Origin: Octopus sinensis
Lineage: Eukaryota
DNA: 64,000 nucleotides
NCBI RefSeq assembly: GCF_006345805.1
Contig: NC_043010.1
Span: 46,252,001 to 46,316,000 of the forward strand
Direction: 5' to 3'
The notes beneath the pieces are model-generated. The model was not told the origin of the DNA, searched no databases, and saw only the letters and a program-made list of their open reading frames with translations. Made by a program: the position numbers and the translations under genes. Every line of letters starts with the position of its first letter. Positions within the stretch are counted from its first letter, which is position 1. Below are positions 50,221-62,644 of this stretch, in pieces.

Positions 50221-50270
<50 letters not shown>

Positions 50271-50300
50271 GTTATTATTATTATTATATTATTATTATTA
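50221..50300. repeat. (ATT)n microsatellite
   Basis: Long near-perfect trinucleotide run; comparable runs at about 25948-25993 and 60250-60308. Confidence 0.95.
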
Positions 50301-51044
50301 TTATTGCTATTATTATTTGTGCTGTTATCTAAGAAATATTTTTAACCATTTTGCAGATGTAAAGTTGAAATCTAATATGGGTACTGTATGCAACTAGTCT
50401 GAAAGCTCTCTCTCTTCTGTTGAGTAGTGGGTCTGCATTTCCGGGTAGTGCTACACCCATTAGAAGTCTTATCAATACTTTAGCTGCTGTGTGCTTAATG
50501 TCAGCTTCTGGAGAGCAATAAATGCTAGCCACTCTGTTAATGGATTCTCACACTAACCTGTATACTATTGATATAAGAGTTTAAGCATTCTTATTCACAC
50601 ACTCACCCTCTCTTTCTCTCTCTTGTCCACCTCACTTTCCCTTATTTTCATTTTTGCTCTCTCTTCTCTATCTTTTTTTCCACACACACATACTTTCCCT
50701 CTCTCTCTCTGACGATAAGTAATAGATGTTTAAACAAACAAAATAGTGAAATATATATGTGTAAAATATATAATATATAATCTATATATATAATCTGTTA
50801 GTGATGATATGTTGTAGTTATAAAACCATTTTTCTTATGTAAATTGCAAAATCGAACCGTAGAAGCAATTTAGTAGATAAAAACTGTTTGGAAGCCAATC
50901 ATATATTATGGATCCCATGTGGCAGGTTTGATAGTTGTTAAGAGATTCCTCTTTACATGAAACCATTGGTAACCTTGTTAACCCACAAATAAAGAATATG
51001 CAGTGTTGAGCACTCATTCTCGCTGTTCATTATATGCACGCATG

Positions 51045-51255
51045 TGGTCATTGCCAGTGTCATGTAAATGCCACTCATGCCAGTGGCACGTAAAAGCTCC
51101 CATTACCTTCCTGGAGTGGTTGACATTAGGAAGGGCATCCAACCATAGAAACCATGCCAAATCAGACTGGAACCCCATGCAGCTTTCTGGTTTATCAGTT
51201 CCAGTCAAACCATCTAACCCATGCCAGCATGGAGAGTGGACATTAAATGATGATG

Positions 51256-51258
<3 letters not shown>
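51045..51258 (+). mobile_element. RTE 3' tail (family E), older copy
   Basis: GCCAGTGGCACGTAAAAGC..GGAAGGGCATCCAACC..GGACATTAAA(TGA)n. Confidence 0.7.
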
Positions 51259-51291
<33 letters not shown>

Positions 51292-52319
51292 TAACGGTTA
51301 TCACCAAGCTAATATGGCAGTCCATAAATATAGGACTAAAGCTGCTGTTGATTAGCTCCAAGAGGCCATCGCCTCTAGCTAGCTATATGACACATGAACC
51401 TGTGTCCATTATAAACTTCGAACAGGAGAGGTCAGCCACCTCCCATTGCTGGTCAGGCATCTGCAGACATGTTTCAGGGTATTTGCCCTTTATCAATGCA
51501 GAGTAGCCAAACCCAGCAGGCGTCACTGCTGACCGTCTGTTCGTCTGTTCGAAGGATTATTTTCCTAATTTCAGTGGAATACATCCACTGGTTTTCAAAA
51601 ATAGAAATATTATTATTTCTATTATATATATATATATATACATACATACCTATATACATATGGTGCGGGAGGGGTGTAGGCATGCACACTTCTCTCTGCT
51701 TCTTTTTATTTATATCAACAAAGGATTTAAAAGAAGCTGTTCTTTAAGCCCATTCCTTCATAAGAACAAACTCTGCTTCACCAGATCACAGAGGCTTCCT
51801 TGCCGCTCCCACTGTCAGAATTTATATTGAACAATTGATTGGCCAGCTGAAAACCTGTAACCAACAAAGCTATTGTTCACAAATTGCAATATAAACTAAC
51901 TAAATAAATCATTTACAGGAAAATACAGGTACAACTCCAATAATGGATTTATTTACCAGCTTATGACCTGAATACATTACAGAGTATTTGCGAAACAACC
52001 ATTTAATATATCTTCCCATGTAACTTTATATTCACTGTACAAAAGCATATCTCTATTATTGATGATTACCAAATTTCTTTGTGTATTTTAATTTATTTTT
52101 GTTAAATTTATTTTTATGTTTTATTTATTACTTAGATCAGAAATAATTTGATCTTCTGTGAAGCCAGTATATCAATGTTCAAATTCAGTAGCAGTGCTGA
52201 ATACTTGGTTTTTGTTATTCATCTTCCTTATTTACTCTCTCTCTGTATTTCTCTATTGATTTCAGACATGCATCTGCTCGCAAGACAGTAATTTTTTTTT
52301 TTTTTTTTGCTATTGTTAT

Positions 52320-53400
52320 ATACAGTCATTGTCTATTTTATTATACTTATAATTCTTGAGATTAATTTGGTTATTATACTTCATAAATGTTTTTGTGTTG
52401 CTAGAAGAATAAGTGGTTGTAGGTTTGTGGCAATGATAAAGCATCTCTATTTGAAGATAATATAGCCATTTACAAAAGCACACAATAATTGCAACAACTC
52501 TTTTCTCAATAGAAGGATACAACTATTGACTTTTGGAAAGAGTAGAAAAGAAAAAAAATAACAGGACAACCTCTTTGTGCTAATGTCAGGTGCATCAGTC
52601 TCAATGATGAATGACCTGAAGTTACCAGTAGCATAAAGCAAGTATCTTTCTATATCAATTTCAATAATTTCAAAAGCAACAGCTACAGAATCTTCAGGAA
52701 TAAAGAAAGTGGTGTATTTCTTTAAGATTCTTTGTTACTTCAAATGGATGACATGTTTCTGATAGACTAGGTGATGATGTTTTTCAGGTTCCTTCTTTAG
52801 CTTCAAGAGTTTTAAGACATTTAAGAAAAAACAGTCTCTGAGCATCAGATGTTATCTTGTCCTCTTGAATGCAATAACAGAGGAAATTAAAACCGCTTCT
52901 TCATGATAGAAAACATCTCTAAATTTCTGCCCTGACATTCAGTAGAGTTACCATATACAATAATGTCATCTAAATCTAAGTAGAAGACTTAAGATAATTC
53001 TAGATAATTTGGTTTATCACTGATGGAAAACTTGCCACTGCTTCTGTAAGGCCAAACAGAAGCTAGTATACTGACTGATTGTCACAAGGCTTGAAAAACT
53101 ATGTAATACACATGTTTTATACTTACCTTGCTTCACCAATGACAGGCACTGGGAATGAATCAAGATATATATATATATAGAATTAATCCCTCCCTCCAAG
53201 AGAGCAATGACAAGGCATCACATGTGATTTTCAATTGTTGTTACATCAACCTAAGCTCTCCCTGATGAGTTACTTAGTTTTATGATATCTTCTTTTTGAT
53301 TATATATCTCACTTTATATGAAGTTGCCATCATCTACTGAATACCTTTGAATTAGTGTAGCAACAAGTTTGGCATTGAGTTAGAAAAAAAAAAAGATTAA
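52320..53400 (-). pseudogene. Ty3/Gypsy pol relic (RT-RNase H)
   Basis: Minus strand, with stops and frameshifts: QRYSVDDGNFI*SEI..DIIKLSNS; LLFGLTEAVASF; YLDLDDIIVYG (52982-52950, YxDD-like); FIIETDAPD (RNase H); YPSIEKRVVAIIVCFCKWLYYL. Confidence 0.8.
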
Positions 53401-53535
53401 ATCTTCAATCAAGCAAAATTTGTCAACACTGGAAGAGCTTCAGAGCCATAAATCTTAAATTGTATACCAAGATTTCATGAGCAGATGAGTTTTCATTTCA
53501 ATATCTGAAACATTTTTCAAGGCAAGTAAAATCTT

Positions 53536-53932
53536 CAGGAGTGGCTGTGTGGTAAGTAGCTTGTTTACTAACCATATGGTTCCGGGTTCAGTCCCACTGT
53601 GTGGCACCTTGGGCAAGTGTCTTCTACTATAGCCTCGGGCCGACCAAAGCCTTGTGAGTGGATTTGGTAGACAGAAACTGAAACAAGCCCGTCGTTTATA
53701 TGTATATATATGTGTTTGTGTGTCTGTGTTTGTCCCTCGCCAACATCACTTGACAACCGATGCTGGTATGTTTACGTCCCCGTAACTTAGCAGTTCGGCA
53801 AAAGAGACTGATAGAATAAGCACTAGGCTTACAAAGAATAAGTCCTGGGGTCGATTTGCTCGACTAAAGGCGGTGCTCCAGCATGGTCGCAGCCAAATGA
53901 CTGAAACAAGTAAAAGAGTAAACAGTAAAGAG
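53536..53932 (+). mobile_element. SINE family A, full length, CpG-rich (young)
   Basis: Complete head, body and (GAGTAAA)-type tail. Confidence 0.9.
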
Positions 53933-54421
53933 TAATATTGTTATGATAGGATTAAAGAGATATTCCAGTGGAGCTTGTTATGCTTTATTTCTTTTCCATT
54001 ATATCTATATTTCAAATAATTATAATAGGTAACTGCTACATCTATTAACATTTATTCAGCAGATTACATCTGGCACAATGGAGATTGTTTAGTTGATTAG
54101 AGCAGCTATTTTCACATTAAATATAATTTCTTTTAATATTGTCAACAAGAGATCCACTATCCATTGTCTTAGAAAATAATGTTTTAGATAATGTGTCCCT
54201 GGATTCTCTACATATAGGAAATAGGAGGAGTGGTCATAGCTGGAAAGCCATGGCTGTGTAATAAGAAGCTTGCTTCCCAACCACATTGTTCCAAATTCAG
54301 TCCTATTGCATGGCACCCTGGGTAAATGTCTTCTACTATAGCCTCGGGCCAACCAAAGCCTTGTGAGTGGATTTGGTAGATGGAAAGTGAAAGAAGCCTG
54401 TCATGTGTATGATGATGATGA

Positions 54422-54464
<43 letters not shown>

Positions 54465-54467
<3 letters not shown>

Positions 54468-54875
54468 CACGTCCTCATGGTGTTGTTTTTTCTGTTTTTT
54501 CTTTGTATTTTTTGGGGGAAGGATTAACTATATATATATATATATACATACATGTGTCTGTGTCTCCCCCACCCCACCATTGCTTGACAATCGGCGTTGG
54601 TGTGTTTACATTCTTGTAACTTAGCAGTTCAGCAAAAGAGAATGATAGAATCAGCACTAGGCTTAGCTTACAGAGAATATGTCTTGGGGTTGATTTGTTT
54701 TAACTAAAAACCTTTTAGGGTGATGCTCCAGCATGGCCTCAGTAAAATGTCTGAAACAAGTAAAAGAATAGTGAACAACAAAAAATACAAAGTACGAGTA
54801 CATGGAATATGAACAGTTTTTTCAAACAACGAAAGACACAAATGGAAAATAAGACAAGCAACATAAAGACTATAT

Positions 54876-54909
<34 letters not shown>

Positions 54910-55311
54910 CACCACGTCCTCATGGTGTTGTTTTTTCTGTTTTTTCTTTGTATTTTTTGGGGGAAGGATTAACTATATATATATATATATACATACATGT
55001 GTCTGTGTCTCCCCCACCCCACCATTGCTTGACAATCGGCGTTGGTGTGTTTACATTCTTGTAACTTAGCAGTTCAGCAAAAGAGAATGATAGAATCAGC
55101 ACTAGGCTTAGCTTACAGAGAATATGTCTTGGGGTTGATTTGTTTTAACTAAAAACCTTTTAGGGTGATGCTCCAGCATGGCCTCAGTAAAATGTCTGAA
55201 ACAAGTAAAAGAATAGTGAACAACAAAAAATACAAAGTACGAGTACATGGAATATGAACAGTTTTTTCAAACAACGAAAGACACAAATGGAAAATAAGAC
55301 AAGCAACATAA

Positions 55312-55315
<4 letters not shown>
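54465..55315 (+). repeat. Tandem duplication, period 445 bp, bounded by (TA)n
   Basis: 54465-54870 and 54910-55315 appear identical by eye; each contains the 3' half of a family A SINE plus flank. Confidence 0.95.
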
Positions 55316-55339
<24 letters not shown>

Positions 55340-55349
<10 letters not shown>

Positions 55350-55760
55350 CATTACCAAAGCTGGACCCTGAAGACAAGGTTTCTTCTTCTTGGCTAGGAA
55401 ATGCCAATCACCTGCTGACTCTCTTCAAAGTTTAAGTATGACCCTCGTTGAAATTCTTCTCATGTATCTGGGACAGTGTTGCTTCTATACACATATAAAT
55501 ATCTTAAACTGCATCCAACAAAAACAAAAAAGAATGCTATTTGGCAATCAGCCACCAGCTAACAGATGTGTTGTTTCTTCTCTCTGTCTCTGTTATTACT
55601 ATTACAATGACCTTTGCTCCCCTGAAGTAGCTAGATGCATATCACCTTCACCTCCTGGCTCATCTAATACATCTACCATTGCTCATATCATCTTCTGTGT
55701 CTCACCACCCACCTTCAGTTTTGAATATTTTCAAGTCATTCTTTTCCAAAACTACAAGAG
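55340..55760 (+). pseudogene. CR1/Jockey-like LINE RT C-terminal fragment
   Basis: HINILNCIQQK..ANRCVVSSLCLCYYYYNDLCSPEVA resembles LDRIQRKA..HRRxVSSLCLFYRYYNGxCSxEL; pyrimidine-rich sequence at about 55860-56130 may be further pieces. Confidence 0.55.
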
Positions 55761-57849
55761 TAAACTGGCCCCCTTCATAGAACTAATTTATAAAAACTAA
55801 ATTTTTTTAAATGTATTGATTAAAGAAAATGAAAATCTAAAGATGGTTGTTGATCTGCTGTGTTTGAGAAGAGCTGTCCATCTCAGCCAAAATGAAGTCC
55901 TAAAACCATATCATTAATGTCACCAATCTGTACCTGCCAAGTAAATCTTTCCCAACAACTTATCTTCATAACCCATCTCTAACGTTGGCACTGTTTCCTT
56001 AGCTGCTGCAATTATATGAGAACAGAACTGTATATATTCCCCCACCTCCACCACACAATTTTTTTGTGCTAACAGTTACCCTTCTCCTTGGAACCACTTC
56101 CCTTGCCACCCACTCAACCTCTCAACATCATCCCTCATCATTATTTTTCCCTGAATTCCCCTTTTCTCCTGAACATCTTAGATCTAGCATCGATGCATTC
56201 CCAACCCATTTTTCGTCACTCACTGTATCTACCCCCACATGCTTCTGGCCTCCTCTCTGTCACTGCGCATCTCTTCTTATTGACCCTGAAAGGACGAAAG
56301 GTCGACCTTGGTGGAATTTGAACTTAGAATGTGAAGATGGGTGAAATTCCGCTAAGCATTTCACCCGCTAGGCTAACGATTCTGCCAGTTCATTGCCCTG
56401 CTCTTTTTATATGTTACTACATATCACCTTTTCCTTCCTGATCCACTTCTATTTTCCCTTACAGCCTACCAAACCAAGATTTACCACTGACTGTGCCTCC
56501 ACCTATGTTCACCATCCACTGCATTCACCTCTATCCTCATCCCTACCATCTGTCACTCTTCTTTCAAACTCTCATGAACCTACCCACTCAGCCATCCTTG
56601 ATTTAGTTTCTCCTCTCTCTCTTTAGCCACCTTCTTGTATCTTGCTTTCACACATCATCTCTATCCTTTCTCCCTTTCCTGCTAGGGTAACTATGTATCT
56701 CCTCTACAACAAGACATCTTGCCCCTTTATCATACTTTATATTTTCACACCTGACACAAAGCCATCTCCCTCAATACTGCACCCCCACTCTGCCAAAGAG
56801 TCTTGTTTTGCTGCTACTTGTGGTGACCTCTTTAGTGTTGGTGCCATTAAAAAAAAAAAGGAGAAAAACTTGCAATGCACTCAGTTAAATGGTTGGTGAT
56901 AAGAAATGTATCCAGCCATGGAAACTTTGTCGAAGTAGACATTGTAGAGTAATACAGTCCTCTGGTTTGTCAGATCCTGTAAAACTAACCAATTCATACC
57001 AGAATGGAATACAGGTGTTAAATGATGAGGGTGATATATTTACAAATGAATTAGAGTGAAGTTTGACTATCTTCTGTTTACTTATAGCAAATTATTTCCT
57101 ATATTTTCATCTTTAAATACACTTTATATATTACTTTTTCTCCCTTCAAAACCAATTATTTCAAAGTAATAGCATCATGTAGAGATATTTTTGAGAATGC
57201 TTCTAATATTTTTTTTCCGCCTTAATATGGTCTACTCTTCGAAGTATATACTGAAGAAATGCAAAATTGTATTCAAGGTTTTTGTTTGTTTTTTAAGATT
57301 TATGTTTCTAAAATTGATGATCCTACTTTTTCTTTTATTCCTCAAAAACAATTTTGAGCCATTAGCAATAGTTGATGTTATCACTTTCTTGTATATTTCC
57401 TCCTCTCCAAATGTATCTTTTTAGTATCACTTAAAAACCAGATTTCTTTTGAAAAGTAAGTGTAGTTATATTAATATCGTTCACATTTTCAAACAAAATC
57501 TTTTCTGGTTTGTTTTGAATTATTTATTCCAGTGAATCAAAAATATAGAACTTACTTTCACATGAGTGTTGTTTAAATTGATTTGAAATAAAGTATAAAA
57601 AGAAAATATGAGAAATTAGACATTAAAACATGATTGTGTGGGCACCTTATTTAGCCACAATGCCTTTCCTATCTATTTGAAGACAATACCATTAGTTCAG
57701 TGTTAATGGAATATATAGATTATATATTTCTGTTCGATTTGCCACTATCTTGATGATGGCAAGCTTGAGATAATTTGTTGAGTTGGTAGAGCTTTGGACA
57801 AAATGCCATGCAGTACTTAATGTTCTTTTACATCCATCCATCTTTTCTG

Positions 57850-58040
57850 CCTATTTATTCCTGGGTGGGTCATGGGGGTAGAATCCTCAGGTATCTCCTC
57901 CATAAGGTCCAATCAGAAGCAACTGTCAATACTGGCTGGATTCCCAAGCATGACCAACTAAGATTATGGACATTATCCAACTGTCTTGTTCTTGGCCTGT
58001 CTACTGGGTCTCCTACCAGTTTTCTCAGTTTGAAGAATTT
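57850..58040 (-). pseudogene. RTE-like LINE extreme 3' end
   Basis: GDPVDRPRTRQLDNVHNLSWSCLGIQPVLTVASDWTLWRRYLRILPP* resembles the GRPRTRW..DR..WR..LPP terminal pattern. Confidence 0.6.
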
Positions 58041-58200
58041 GTCTTGCAGTTCATTCCTGCAACATTCTAATCACATATCCTTTAGATTCTAAATTTAAGT
58101 AACACCAAGATTGACTTCACTATTAATTTTTTTTTTTTTTTTGTGTTAGAGACTGATTTCATTGACTGAATCTTTCTCGAAAATTTATAGCATATACACC

Positions 58201-58565
58201 TTTACTCTTTTACTTGTTCCAGTCATTTGACTGTGGCCATGCTAGAGCACCGCCTTTAGTCGAACAAATCGATCCCAGGACTTATTCTTTGTAAGCCTAG
58301 TACTTATTCTATTGGTCTCTTTTGCCAAACCGCTAAGTGACAGAGACGTAAACACACCAGCATCAGATGTCAAGCGATGTTGGAGGGACAAACACAGACA
58401 CACACACATGCATGCACACACACACACACACACACATACACACACACACATGCACACACACATACACATATGATGGGCTTCTTTCAGTTTTCCGTCTACC
58501 AAATCCACTCACAAGGCTTTGGTTGGCCCGACGCTAGATGACACTTACCCAAGGTGCCACGCAGT
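58201..58565 (-). mobile_element. SINE family A, head truncated
   Basis: Tail to ..AAGGTGCCACGCAGT in reverse orientation. Confidence 0.85.
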
Positions 58566-58660
58566 TAAAAGTCATAATTTTTCTTAGTGTGTCATAGTAA
58601 AGTTCTCAGGAAACTAACTTGGTTAATTGGTTCCATTACCTAGTTGCACAAACAAACATA

Positions 58661-58882
58661 TATGAATGGGAGCTGAAAAGTTCTTGGCTTTGGGCAAAAG
58701 AAAATACAGGAGGACCAGTTAATTATGATTTTACTCAACATAATCCCCTCTCAGGTTCACATGCTTTTCACAGTGGCCCTTCAATTTTTCTAAGTCCTGT
58801 AAAAGAACTTGGAAGGTTGGGGCCTCCAACCAGGCATTTTGCAATACCCTTAAAGCCAGGAACTTTTCAACACCCTGTCATA
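58661..58882. mobile_element. mariner-type MITE
   Basis: About 30-bp TIRs TATGAATGGGAGCTGAAAAGTTCTTGGCTTT / AAAGCCAGGAACTTTTCAACACCCTGTCATA; TA ends. Confidence 0.8.
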
Positions 58883-59693
58883 TATGAACATCACAATTTC
58901 TTATTTTTCAGTCTATGTAATACTAATCTTGTAGTCAAATTATTACATATTTCTGTTTGACTAGTTTTTATGATACCGATTCCTGTAACTTATTTTCCTT
59001 ACTTAACAGCCTTGTGCTCTGCATATATTTTTAGCTCTTCAGATGAGATTCCTTTCCAAGTGACTGCTATGATGTCATGGGTCTTCCCTCTCTTATTTTT
59101 CTATTTTTATTATAATTATTATTATTATTTTTATTTCTGCTTTGTTACTCTGCTTCAGCTTATCTCAGAAAATGGATGATATTACCCATAGAGAAAAACT
59201 CTAACTAATGATAACAATAAAGAATGTAATTGTAATCTTGTTTTAATGTTGCTACTAAGAACTATCTTAAAAATAGGAAGACAGCAATGGTAGTATGCTG
59301 CTGTATTGCCTGTCCTTCAAAGCTTTCCTTACTGTTGGTAAGTGGGTAGGTAGGTGGGTAGTAAGGTGGGAATATCTAGCTTATAAATAAAAATAAAAAC
59401 TTCACTTGCATATTATACCAGTTTGTTCAAACTTATGTGGGAGATGCTAGCAAAGAAGAGAGAGAGAGAGAGAGCTGCAACTTAGATTAGGCAGATATAT
59501 ATATATTGCTTTCTTTACTGTCTATTTCCAGTAGCAGTATTGTTGCTCTTGTTTTTTTGTATGTTTGTGTTAGAAATAATTAGTTGTGGTGGTATTGTTG
59601 GTACTCTGATGGTTCAGTTATGATTTCCAAGTTTCGGCAACTAGTTGCCGGTCACCGTTTTTGTCCATCACAGAAGTTTGAACTTGGTTTCTG

Positions 59694-60063
59694 CTGTTTC
59701 AGTCATTTGACTGTGGCCATGCTGAGTACTGCCTTAAAGGGTTTTAGTCAAAGAAATCAGCCCCCGGACTTATTCTTTGTAAGCTTAGTACTTATTTTAT
59801 CAGTCTCTTTTGCCGAAATGCTAAGTTACAGGGACATAAACACATCAGCATCAGTTGTCAAGCAATGATAAGTGGGATGGGGTGCAGACACAACACACGC
59901 ACACATATGACGGGCTTCTTTCAGTTTCTGTCTACCAGATCCACTCACAAAGCTTTGCTCCCCTGAAGCTATAGTAGAAGACGCTTGCCCAAGTGCCACG
60001 TAGTGGGACTGAACCCAGAACAATGTGGTTGGGAAGTAAGCTTCTTACCACACAGCCACACCT
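59694..60063 (-). mobile_element. SINE family A
   Basis: Reverse-complement full copy. Confidence 0.85.
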
Positions 60064-60084
60064 GTCATTTTTTTTTGTCTTATT

Positions 60085-60260
60085 GGTATTATCTTTTACA
60101 TTATTTTACATTATTTACATTTGATGGATATTTGTCCTCATCTTGTTTGTTGTTAACACAACGTTTCAGCCGATATACCCTCCAGCCTTCATCAGGTGTC
60201 TTGGGGAAATTTCGAACCTGGGTTCTCATTCCTAAGGTATTTTGCACTGTTATTATTATG

Positions 60261-60312
<52 letters not shown>

Positions 60313-60384
60313 TCACTACTTTGAATCGAACTCGAAATCTTGGGGTTAGTAACCCTGCACTCTTAACCACTATGCCACATGCCC
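60085..60384 (-). mobile_element. Composite element: tRNA-like Pol III head + (AAT)n + hammerhead-bearing 3' module
   Basis: Box A TGGCATAGTGG (60377-60367), anticodon-like arm GGGTTACTAACCC, box B GAGTTCGATTC (60333-60323), (AAT)n 60308-60250, hammerhead 60200-60155, and an AAATAATGTA-type tail. Confidence 0.7.
60155..60200 (-). ncRNA. Minimal type I hammerhead ribozyme variant (Penelope-type, dimer-dependent stem III)
   Basis: GACAC-CUGAUGA-A-GGCUG-gagggtatat-CGGCU-GAAA-C-GUU-GUGUU: stem I GACAC/GUGUU, palindrome AACGUU as stem III, predicted cleavage between 60160 and 60159. Confidence 0.7.
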
Positions 60385-61376
60385 ACGGGCATGTGGCATA
60401 GTGGTCTTTTTTATCTTGTTTCAATCATTTCACTGTGGCCATGAAAGGGCACTACTTTAATGGTCAAACAAATCAACCCCAGTACTTACTTTTTACTTTT
60501 ACTTAAACCTGCTATTTTATGTCCGTCTCTGTTGCTAAAACTGTTAAATTAACAGATGTAAACAAACCAACACTGGTTGTCAAATGTTTGGTGGGAACAT
60601 ACACAAAAAACACACACATATACATGTGTGTGTGCAATGGCATTCTAAACAGTTTTCATTTACAAAAAATTTCACTCAAAAGACACTTCTGAGTGCAATT
60701 TTTAGAATAATAATAGAAGACACTTGCCCACAGTGCCTCACAGTAGAACTGAACCTGAAACCACATCATTGCAAAACAAGCTTCTTAAGCACACAGCCAT
60801 CCCGTGCTTAGAAAATAAGGCATTCTCATGCCAGGAAATAAACTGAAGCTACCAGGATTAAAGTCTAGTAAAATAATAAGTTGAAGATACTTTGTCTTGT
60901 TGAGTTACCTGGTAACTTTGCTAGTGTCATTGTCATGTAAAAAGCACCCAGTGCACTGTGCAATGTGGGTGCCATTAGGAAGGGCCATAGAAACTATACC
61001 AAAGCAGACATTGGAACTTGGTGCAGTTCTCTGGTTCACCAGCCCCTGTCAAACCAGCCAACCTATTCCAGCATGGAAAACAGACATTAAGTGATGATGA
61101 TGATAAACCACTACCATCCTACTGCATTATTAAGCACCAGTCATTAACTAACTGATTAGGATAATCACATGATTATCTATACAGATTCATTTTTTAAATC
61201 TTTTTTTCTTTTCCTCTAGTGTAGGTATAAAAATTATTACAATAAAAATTAACATAGCACCGGCTTTTCAGTTGTGAGTTTATTTTGGGCAGTAACTTGG
61301 TTTCGTTAATGCTTTTTGATGTTTGGTATTGATTTATTGATTGACTGATTGATTTCTTTAATATTTATACCAAAAG

Positions 61377-61589
61377 AAGGCAGTGAGGTGGCAGAATCAT
61401 TAGCATACTAGGCAAACGCCCAGAGGTATTTCATCCGTCTTTTACATTCCAAGTTCAATTTCCGCTAAGGTCAGCTTTACCTTTCATCATTTCAGGGTTG
61501 ATAAATTAAGTATCAGTTGATCCTGGGGCCGATGTAATTGACTTACCTCCTCCCCCTAAATTGCTGGCCTTGTGCCAAAATTTGAAATC
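61377..61589 (+). mobile_element. SINE family B (tail type 2) with TSD
   Basis: 17-bp TSD AATATTT(A/G)TACCAAAAG at 61360-61376 and 61590-61606; tail TTGCTGGCCTTGTGCCAAAATTTGAAA. Confidence 0.85.
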
Positions 61590-62189
61590 AATATTTGTAC
61601 CAAAAGTAGTTGAAATGTTTTCAGAGCTCTGCTGAGCTATCCATCAAATTTTGACAAAGTATGACCCTAGATTGATGGTGTATCTAATATTCACTTCACA
61701 ACTTCCATGCTCTGAACACTAAGTTTCCAATTTAGTAAATTGGAAAAATTAGTTAGGTGCTGTTTTATTTTTTACTAGAGTATAATATAATGTTATTTAA
61801 CACTAGATAAATAATACAAAAAACAAAAACAAAAAAACCCTTTTAACAGTGAATGATACTTTGTTCACACGTTATCAGTGTTGATAAAAACCACATTCTT
61901 TAATGTCAGGAAACATTTCGGTCTTGAGCAACTAATTGTTGATTCAATATAAAGCTCAAAACTATCTTGATAAGGAAAGTGCCTCACATATCTGAGATCC
62001 TCCCTTTAATCACAATTTTAGCTTCAGTAAGAAGAAAGTAATTTGCCTGATTGATAAAACTTTTTTTTCCTCTCTCAATTTTTGACCATCAAACTCATGC
62101 TTTTTCCATCTCCCCAACTATTTCTATTCAACAATTCAGAATTTATCTACACATCATGGTTATTTGAATCCATTTCCTACACGCATGCA

Positions 62190-62239
<50 letters not shown>

Positions 62240-62607
62240 CACACAACACACACACACACAGATACACACACACATGCACAAATACACACACACACACATG
62301 CATCAGTATGTTATTGTCTGTTATTCGCTTTTATGCGTAAACCTTGCACAAAGCATTAAATGCAGCTCTTTGTCTTCTAGGTTGCCTATCTTATTGTGAA
62401 ACTCTTATATGTTTTCTTTATACTAATGTTTAAAACAACTGTAAACTCCACATTAACCACTCACTATATTCTCTTCGTCTTGTGTTTGTCTTCTGTTCTG
62501 AGAGAAGCACCATTGCCAAGATTATTGTCCATTTTTCCCCTTTGTCATATTAAAATTTCAGCCCAGGTGCTGCACTGATCAATTTTCCTATTCCTTTCTT
62601 TTAAGAG

Positions 62608-62644
<37 letters not shown>

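Noticed and set aside
52505-52680. Plus-strand hAT dimerisation-domain-like reading (DFWKE..)
   Set aside because: The opposite strand gives ordered Gypsy RT and RNase H motifs, which explain the region better.
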